Assembly (NCBI GenBank): GCA_964525635.1
Contig: CAZGJX010000059.1
Coordinates: 1 to 25,588 of the forward strand
DNA from: an uncultured archaeon
GTDB lineage: Archaea > Asgardarchaeota > Lokiarchaeia > Sigyniarchaeales > SOKP01
Direction: 5' to 3'
DNA: 25,588 bases
Each line of letters begins with the position of its first letter. Position 1 is the first letter of the stretch. The notes beneath the pieces were generated by a model, which was not told the origin of the DNA, searched no databases, and saw nothing but the letters and a program-made list of their open reading frames with translations. Both the position numbers and the translations under genes were made by a program. Below, piece by piece: positions 18,812 through 25,588 of this stretch.

Positions 18812-19858
18812 TTACTGTATTTTTTTTAGAATTAACTCATATATATCATTTATAGTACTCTGTAAATTAAACATATTAAATTTCACCCCACGTTCAGGTT
18901 GTAATAAAGTTGGAACATGACTAATTTCAGAAAAGATTGGGATAATAATCTTTCCCATAAATTGTGCTGCTTCATATTCCTTTTTAACAGCTGAAGATGC
19001 TAATGCATTAGGTGAGCAGAATAATAATAATATATCGGTTTTTTTGAGATTTTCTTCCATATATTCGATAATGCTTGCTCCAGCATCCTCTTGCCAATAA
19101 AGTACATCTCCAATTCTATCATAACTAGTCAATTGTTCAGCAATTTTATGAATTCTAAATCCCTCAGCGTCCTTGGTAGCATAGCTTATAAAGAGCAAGA
19201 GATTTTCATTTTTCAACTGTATTTTAGGTACTGAGAATCCTGATATTGCAGGAGTAGATTGCTGAGATCTCATCCTTTTTTGTTTTTCTAATTCTAATTT
19301 AAGTTTCCATTCAAAATCATCTTTACAATTATTACATAGGTCTTTTTCTTCATCAAAGCAATTTTTACAGAATTTTTTACCACATTCTTTACATCTATTT
19401 AATTGTTTTTTCAGATATGGTTTTTTACATATTTTACATTTTCTAATGTCCCTAAAGTGGATTAATAGTAAATTCATCAAAATCATAATAATTAAATATA
19501 TTGACTTTATATAAAATCCAATCTGTATGGATGGATAGTAATAAGAGGCACTTGAAATACATACAACAAGAAGAAACCATAAGAATGGTATAAGTATAGA
19601 TAAAATACCAGCTAAACCGAAAATCAATGATATCTTATTTTTATATAAAAATACAAGACAAACAGCAATTAAGAAAAACGTTGCTGCTATAATAAAGGCT
19701 TCAAAATAGGATTCATACCTTGATCCCTCCCATATAGGGTTCATTTTGACTATGGGAAGGGGGTATATAAAAAATGGAATTATAGCAAGAACAAGATAAA
19801 TCCATTTTATTTTATTGTTTTTCTTTATTTTATCTATATTTGAGACCAACAAGGACAC
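18812..19858 (-). CDS. Membrane protein with Cys-rich Zn-finger and C-terminal TIR domain
   Basis: About four TM segments; CKIC..CKEC..CKNC..CNNC; TIR motifs FISYATKD, LLFCSPNA, VKKEYEAA, IIPIF. Confidence 0.9.
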   Translation of the reverse strand: MSLLVSNIDKIKKNNKIKWIYLVLAIIPFFIYPLPIVKMNPIWEGSRYESYFEAFIIAATFFLIAVCLVFLYKNKISLIFGLAGILSILIPFLWFLLVVCISSASYYYPSIQIGFYIKSIYLIIMILMNLLLIHFRDIRKCKICKKPYLKKQLNRCKECGKKFCKNCFDEEKDLCNNCKDDFEWKLKLELEKQKRMRSQQSTPAISGFSVPKIQLKNENLLLFISYATKDAEGFRIHKIAEQLTSYDRIGDVLYWQEDAGASIIEYMEENLKKTDILLLFCSPNALASSAVKKEYEAAQFMGKIIIPIFSEISHVPTLLQPERGVKFNMFNLQSTINDIYELILKKIQ

Positions 19859-20005
19859 CTATAAAATCTAATTATAAAGTAAATATCAATTCATTTCTAT
19901 TTAAGAATTTCTTTTTTTCTTTAAATATTTCCATCCTATTTTATTCAGTAAGCACTTCAAATAATAATTCTGAATTAACTATGGTTGTTGAATACACAAA
20001 TATTA

Positions 20006-20029
20006 TACTGAATTACCAGTAATTCAGTA
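20006..20029. promoter_or_regulatory. Perfect palindrome (11-bp arms, 2-bp spacer)
   Basis: TACTGAATTAC-CA-GTAATTCAGTA; its right arm overlaps the start of repeat copy B. Confidence 0.5.
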
Positions 20030-20093
20030 ATTTTTCATTCAATCATCTCTTTTAAGTCAGTATTTTTTCATAAGTATTGATGATATTTGACTC
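20021..20093 (+). repeat. ~74-bp dispersed direct repeat, copy B
   Basis: AATTCAGTAATTTTTCATTCAATC...ATAAGTATTGATGATATTTGACTC. Confidence 0.8.
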
Positions 20094-20389
20094 GGACAAT
20101 GGATATATGAAATTAATTTCTACTCCTAAAGATCAATATTCAATTTTGTCCCATATGGCTTTAAATAGCGAAGAATATAGTTGATAATTATTCAGTACAT
20201 TAAAAATACTGATATTCCTAATTAAAGGGATAAAATAAGAAAAGAGCAAAAATATTATAAATATTTGGTATCGAATGGTGCTTAAATCCAATTAATTTAA
20301 AACCTACTAGAGAAGTGTACCTCAAATATTATAAATAACTTTGGCTTTTTTTTGATTAATCCCTTCTAAGGGACAATAAACTAATAAAA

Positions 20390-20422
20390 ATGAAAAAAAA
20401 ATGAAAAAAAAATGAAAAAAAA
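20390..20422 (+). repeat. (ATGAAAAAAAA)x3 tandem repeat at a start codon
   Basis: ATGs at 20390, 20401 and 20412, each followed by eight A. Confidence 0.85.
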
Positions 20423-22646
20423 CAAATTAAAGAAAATCTCAGCTAAATTATTATTAGTTGTTTTTATAATTAATGCTATTTGTATTTTTGGATTTACAAC
20501 AACTGCTTTAGCAGTTGAGGATGGTATGAATTTGAGTATCTCAGATTATGATATTATAGAGGGGGAAAGTGTCATTATTATATGGGATCATAAGGATAAA
20601 GATCCTGATGGAATTGATAGATATTCTGATTATGATACACAGATTTACATAAGTTTAAAAAATAAAGATACTGAAGAATGGAGCTCATGGACTCATGTAG
20701 CTAGTGTGGATTGGAACTATCAATCAACACAGAGTTATTCTCTTTCATTTGATGATGGTGGGACATACATGATAAGATTAGTACAATATGCTCGCAGAAA
20801 AGGCCATTGGGAAAAAGATATGTATAGCGATTATGTTTGGGTAGGTACTACAGGTACGTGGTTTGTTGCTGAAGAAATCTCAAGTGAAATATATGTAGAA
20901 TATTCTATGAATGTCCAATTAAATATAATGACAATTGATGAAGGGGATAGTATTACACTTTCTTGGAATCTTGTTATTAAAGACTGTGATGATTATTACA
21001 ATGGATACAGATGTGGTTATATCGATTATGATACTGAGATATGGATACAAAAAGATTCTGAAAATTTAACACAAATTACCACTGTAGATTTTATTGGTAA
21101 TTTTATTGGCGGTAAATCAGAGACACAATATTATACAGTGACAATACCTCAAGCGGGTTGCTATAAATTCATATTAAAAGAATATTCCCGTGAAAAAGGG
21201 TATTGGGATCACTGGGAGGAACAATGGTATGGTATTCGAGAAGATAATCTACTTTATGAAGGAGAAACTGAAACATTCTTAGTTGATGAGCTATTATATG
21301 ACCTTAATGCAAATCCAGATATCATCCATCAAGGAGAGCAAACAACCATATCTTGGATGATAAATCCTAAGATTGGAGCCTCTAATTATTTATCAATACT
21401 TTCTTTGAAATATGAAAATGGTAATCAATGGTATCCTCTTATAGATTTTAGTGATAGTGGTTCACATAGTCATGATATTGTATTAAATCAACCTGGCTTC
21501 ATTTATTTCAAAGTAGACTTATATATAGATGGTGTCTATACTACTTCAGAGAATACTGTTGCTTCGATTTCTATTTCTTTTATTAGTGCAGAAAATAGAA
21601 GATTTCCTTCCGGAGAGGCTACTCGACTGATATACACATTACAAACAATTAAGACTAATGATAATTTTATCCCTCGAATCTACTATGGATTTTCCAAAGA
21701 TACTACCCATACCGTATGTATATCTTATAATGTATATGTTGATGGTATTATGATCAGGTCTGTCCGGATTCAATATTTAGATAGTAGTCTTAATTTTGAA
21801 ACCTTTATTGAAGAACCTAATTTCAAAATTACATTTACGCATCAAATTGAAATTGAAATTACCTCTTCTATAGATTTAATTACAGAAGAAAAATTAGATA
21901 ACAATATATTCACATTAAAATATCTAAAAATTGGAGGAATCGAAGTTAGAGAGGGTAAAAAGTATGCAATAATAATTGGAATTTCTGATTATGGATATAT
22001 AAGCGATCTTAATTATGGCGATGAAGATGCATCTGATTGGTATTATCATCTAACTGAACTGGGATATTCATGCGAAGTTTATGGTGATTTTAATCAAGAA
22101 AATTACCCTATTTGGAATGGTTGTGCTAATGAAAATAGAGTACGTAAAGCCATACAAGATTTAGCTCTTATTGCAAGACCAGGAGATCATATTGTTATAA
22201 CTACTAGTGGACATGGAGGTAATGATTGTTCAGAATATTTATGTATGTGGGATTGCGGTTATCCTGATTATTATGATGGTTGTTATTTTGATACAGAATT
22301 AGCATCTGATATTGAACTATTTGATACAGGTATAAATATGTTTTTTTTACTTGATAATTGTTTTACTGGTGGAATTGGATCAGAACTTATGACTACAAGT
22401 AATAAAGAGTATATATATTGTGTTACACCGTGTACATCTAAAGGATGGGGATTTGACAGCGAAATGTATCAGAATGGTTTATGGAATTATTATTTCTTAG
22501 ATTATTCATGGCAAAATCATTTCTGTGGATATCCTTTTCAATCAATGGAAAGTGTATTTCAGTATGCACATGAAAATTATCCTTTAGGCGGAGAGTGTGA
22601 ACCTCAAGAATTTGATGGTAATAGAAATATAGATTTCTATTTATAA
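20412..22646 (+). CDS. Secreted multidomain protein with C-terminal caspase/metacaspase-fold (clan CD) peptidase
   Basis: Signal peptide; repeated beta-rich modules (IxEGxSxxxxW); KYAIIIGISDY...DL.Y.DEDA; His-Cys dyad SGHGG and DNCF. Confidence 0.85.
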   Translation: MKKNKLKKISAKLLLVVFIINAICIFGFTTTALAVEDGMNLSISDYDIIEGESVIIIWDHKDKDPDGIDRYSDYDTQIYISLKNKDTEEWSSWTHVASVDWNYQSTQSYSLSFDDGGTYMIRLVQYARRKGHWEKDMYSDYVWVGTTGTWFVAEEISSEIYVEYSMNVQLNIMTIDEGDSITLSWNLVIKDCDDYYNGYRCGYIDYDTEIWIQKDSENLTQITTVDFIGNFIGGKSETQYYTVTIPQAGCYKFILKEYSREKGYWDHWEEQWYGIREDNLLYEGETETFLVDELLYDLNANPDIIHQGEQTTISWMINPKIGASNYLSILSLKYENGNQWYPLIDFSDSGSHSHDIVLNQPGFIYFKVDLYIDGVYTTSENTVASISISFISAENRRFPSGEATRLIYTLQTIKTNDNFIPRIYYGFSKDTTHTVCISYNVYVDGIMIRSVRIQYLDSSLNFETFIEEPNFKITFTHQIEIEITSSIDLITEEKLDNNIFTLKYLKIGGIEVREGKKYAIIIGISDYGYISDLNYGDEDASDWYYHLTELGYSCEVYGDFNQENYPIWNGCANENRVRKAIQDLALIARPGDHIVITTSGHGGNDCSEYLCMWDCGYPDYYDGCYFDTELASDIELFDTGINMFFLLDNCFTGGIGSELMTTSNKEYIYCVTPCTSKGWGFDSEMYQNGLWNYYFLDYSWQNHFCGYPFQSMESVFQYAHENYPLGGECEPQEFDGNRNIDFYL

Positions 22647-22756
22647 GCATAAGCTTATAGATTATTCAAATTTTAACTTAATAAGACAATCAAACTAAAA
22701 AAATAATTTTTTTTTATATTAATTTTAATTATTTAATTATAAAAACAAAATTAAAA

Positions 22757-23977
22757 ATGAATTCCAGAAAATATTTAAAAATAGTTCTAGCATTATCAAT
22801 TTGTTTTCTTTCGATTTTTGTTGGATTCTATAGATTCAATGATTCAACCCAAAAAATAGAGAATGATTTAAGATTTTCATCTGAGATTCAATTATCTACA
22901 CCTATAATGGGGGCAGAGGGAATTAGTCTTAATACGATGATAGGAGTATATGTTGAAGATGATGATATTTCTACTCCTTCTGGTTTATTAGAGGTGTATT
23001 TCTATGATGCTTCTGATGATTCTTTAATTGGGTTTACGATGGTAGTTAGTGGAGCAACAGCATCAAAAATGTGGTTATATCTCACAGAAGAAACTTTATA
23101 TGAATGGTATGTTGTTGTAGATAATGGGAATGAGCAAACAATTTCTGATATTTGGTCATTTACAACTAAAACTGCTGAAGGAAATATCCCACCAAGTATA
23201 AATGAAAATTTTCCAGAAGATGGTGCTGTACTTACTAGTTATGACGATTGTGGTTTATCAGTAGATTTATCTGATACTGATGATGAAATAGTGGTCCTAT
23301 CATTTTGTAATGGTTTTGATGATAGTATTCTTTCATCTAATGGTGCATTCAATGGATTTATGTCAATTACATGGTCTGGTTTAGAAGAAGATACCACTTA
23401 TGAGTGGTATGTAATTGTGGATGATGGTATAGACCAATTTATTTCAGATACATGGACATTTACTACAGGCATTGCCCTACAAAATCCTCCTGATGAACCA
23501 TATAACCCTTATCCCGAGGATGATGCTTTAGATGTTGGTATTAATCCAGAGCTAAGTGTTACCGTTTCTGATCTAGATAATGACGAATTAATAGTATCCT
23601 TTTATGATGAATCGGACTATTCTCTTATTGGGAAAGATACTGTTGCTAGTGGAGAAATTGCCTCAATTTCTTGGTCAGGATTATCAAAAGAAACAACTTA
23701 TAATTGGTATGTGAGTGTAGATGATGGAACTGAATCAACTATGTCTGATTTATGGTCATTTACAACAGCTTCATTTATATTAGGAGATGTAAATGATGAT
23801 AATTCTATTAATATCATAGATGCCTTAGTGATCGCGCAATACTTTAGTGGATTAAATCCAACTGGATTTTTAGTTCCTGAAGCCGCAGATGTAAACCAAA
23901 ATGGTGCAATTGATATTGTCGATGCTTTATTAGTTGCGCAATATGATTCGGGTTTAATTGATGAATTCCCATCTTAA
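22757..23977 (+). CDS. Surface protein with three Fn3/Ig-like repeats and a C-terminal dockerin
   Basis: Three copies of YxWYVxVDxG...SDxWxFTT; duplicated dockerin motif GDVNDDNSINIIDAL / ADVNQNGAIDIVDAL; N-terminal hydrophobic segment. Confidence 0.9.
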   Translation: MNSRKYLKIVLALSICFLSIFVGFYRFNDSTQKIENDLRFSSEIQLSTPIMGAEGISLNTMIGVYVEDDDISTPSGLLEVYFYDASDDSLIGFTMVVSGATASKMWLYLTEETLYEWYVVVDNGNEQTISDIWSFTTKTAEGNIPPSINENFPEDGAVLTSYDDCGLSVDLSDTDDEIVVLSFCNGFDDSILSSNGAFNGFMSITWSGLEEDTTYEWYVIVDDGIDQFISDTWTFTTGIALQNPPDEPYNPYPEDDALDVGINPELSVTVSDLDNDELIVSFYDESDYSLIGKDTVASGEIASISWSGLSKETTYNWYVSVDDGTESTMSDLWSFTTASFILGDVNDDNSINIIDALVIAQYFSGLNPTGFLVPEAADVNQNGAIDIVDALLVAQYDSGLIDEFPS

Positions 23978-24028
23978 ACCTTAATTTCATAGAAATTTTA
24001 TAAATATCCTTTTTTTTTTATATATTAT

Positions 24029-25165
24029 TTATTTATCTATTTTTATAAAGAATAGAGGAATACAGGATAAAACTATCAAATAACCAGAGATATATATAAT
24101 ATTTTCTGTTATAATAAAATCAGAAAGAAAAGTTCCTAATGGGATAAACACAATTTTTGCAACTACTACAGCAGCTGCCATTATCTGAAAGATTAATACT
24201 TGTTTTTTGCTGATATCAATCATGAGGCTAATTATATTTATGAGTAAAAAACCTGAAAAGATCTGTATTATTGAAAAAAATATAAAGAATAATATTATAT
24301 GAACAAATGGAGTAAACATTAAGAGTACTCCTGAAATAATAGATGAATAAATTAATATCTTTTTTTTATCATAATTATCAGAAATTAATCCTGCTAGTAT
24401 AATTCCAATTGTATTAATTATAATCATTAATATTACACCCAAATCGAAAAAACCTCCTAAATATCCTTTTACCCATGGTTCGAATGGATATTCATATAGC
24501 TCAGATGCATAGATAAAAAATATGAAAATAATCATCAGAATGAGGTTTTTAACGGAAATAGATGATAATTTATCATTTATTATTGTTTCTTTATTCTCCT
24601 TTTCTATATCTGAAGGATTAATTATAAAGAAACTGAAAATTAATAGGGGTATTGATGTGCTAAAAATCATAAGAAAAAAGAGAGCCCATGAAGAAAAACT
24701 TAGATAATTCAAAATTGGTACTACAAGTGATCCAAAAGCAGCTCCTAATTGAAGTAAAAGTGTATTTCTACTTTTTTGCTTTTCCGTCACCGATTCTTCA
24801 ACCAAAATCCTATCTACAACAACATCTGAAACAGAAGTAAATGCAAAATTAATACCCAAAAACACACCAAAGATTAGTAATAAGTTTAAACTAAGCAAAG
24901 TTAAAAAAAGAGTAACTGTTATTCCAAGAGTTGAGAAGATAAATATTGACTTAACTTTTTTTAAATTGTTAAAATAAATCGAGATTATTGGCTTTATTAG
25001 AAGTGCTGGATAAGAAATGATCTGAACAAAAGCTAATTCACTCTTTTCAACCTTAATCACATTGTAAAAATATAAAGGAAGATAAGTATGGACAAACACA
25101 AAAATCAAAGATACAACAAAATAGGTATAGAAATAGACAATTTTATTTTGGAAATGTGTTTTCAT
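24029..25165 (-). CDS. MFS transporter
   Basis: About 12 TM helices; GLISDNYDKKK motif A-like loop; SDVVVD. Confidence 0.85.
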   Translation of the reverse strand: MKTHFQNKIVYFYTYFVVSLIFVFVHTYLPLYFYNVIKVEKSELAFVQIISYPALLIKPIISIYFNNLKKVKSIFIFSTLGITVTLFLTLLSLNLLLIFGVFLGINFAFTSVSDVVVDRILVEESVTEKQKSRNTLLLQLGAAFGSLVVPILNYLSFSSWALFFLMIFSTSIPLLIFSFFIINPSDIEKENKETIINDKLSSISVKNLILMIIFIFFIYASELYEYPFEPWVKGYLGGFFDLGVILMIIINTIGIILAGLISDNYDKKKILIYSSIISGVLLMFTPFVHIILFFIFFSIIQIFSGFLLINIISLMIDISKKQVLIFQIMAAAVVVAKIVFIPLGTFLSDFIITENIIYISGYLIVLSCIPLFFIKIDK

Positions 25166-25588
25166 TTAATTTTACCTTTTAATTCTATATAATTAAATCT
25201 TTTTTTATAATATATGATATAGAATGATATAAGTATTTAAAGAAAAAATCAATTTAAAAAATTGTATCATTTATAAACTCTATATTTATAGGAATAATAT
25301 ATTGAAAAAAAAAAATTTTACTTATATTGTTTCAACGGTTCGTCGAAATTCTATACAAACTTATAATTTCTTATAAAAATCAACAAATCATCTCTCTATT
25401 CTGTTTTATATAATTATTATCTCCTTATTATAATAGAAAATTTATAAGAAAAAGAAGGGAGTGTGATTAGAAAAAATAAAGGTATAAAAAAGTAAAGCAT
25501 TGGAATGTCATCTCAGAATGATAATGAATTCTATTGACACTATATTCCATAAATCATCTTATATCCTTCCTACAGAATATAATTCACG

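Noticed and set aside
18812-22646. TIR plus caspase as a single immune pathway
   Set aside because: The genes are divergent and the caspase-fold protein appears exported while TIR should be cytoplasmic; adjacency alone is insufficient.
5729-24707. Shadow ORFs in the track (5729, 9945, 10910, 10917, 12786, 14757, 16002, 16883, 17763, 18127, 19840, 22438, 24522)
   Set aside because: They overlap better-supported genes on the opposite strand or in another frame and have no recognisable motifs.

Overview
A very AT-rich prokaryotic window. Its gene content (PUA/Tma20-like protein, B12-binding radical SAM, stand-alone LRR and TIR proteins, SBBP and dockerin surface proteins, bacterial-type PlsC acyltransferase) suggests a Lokiarchaeia-like Asgard archaeon; this is inferred, not shown. 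Positions 1-5600 are a co-oriented run of accessory units: an LRR fragment, two toxin-antitoxin pairs, a SAM methyltransferase and a LacI-fold sensor. Each unit after the LRR is preceded by the same ~45-bp intergenic motif at an almost constant distance from the next start codon, which resembles a gene-cassette array without attC sites. The middle holds housekeeping and lipid genes, including a two-domain PlsC acyltransferase interrupted just after its catalytic HX4D motif by a 96-99 nt, frame-preserving, highly structured insertion. An SBBP-repeat pseudogene lies between two acyl-CoA dehydratase-activase-related genes. The right part contains a ~2.6-kb block bounded by ~74-bp direct repeats (membrane protein, an unlisted 57-aa Cys-rich protein, TM-Zn-finger-TIR protein), then a secreted caspase-fold protein, a dockerin protein and an MFS transporter. 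I see no rRNA, tRNA, CRISPR array, integrase or transposase.
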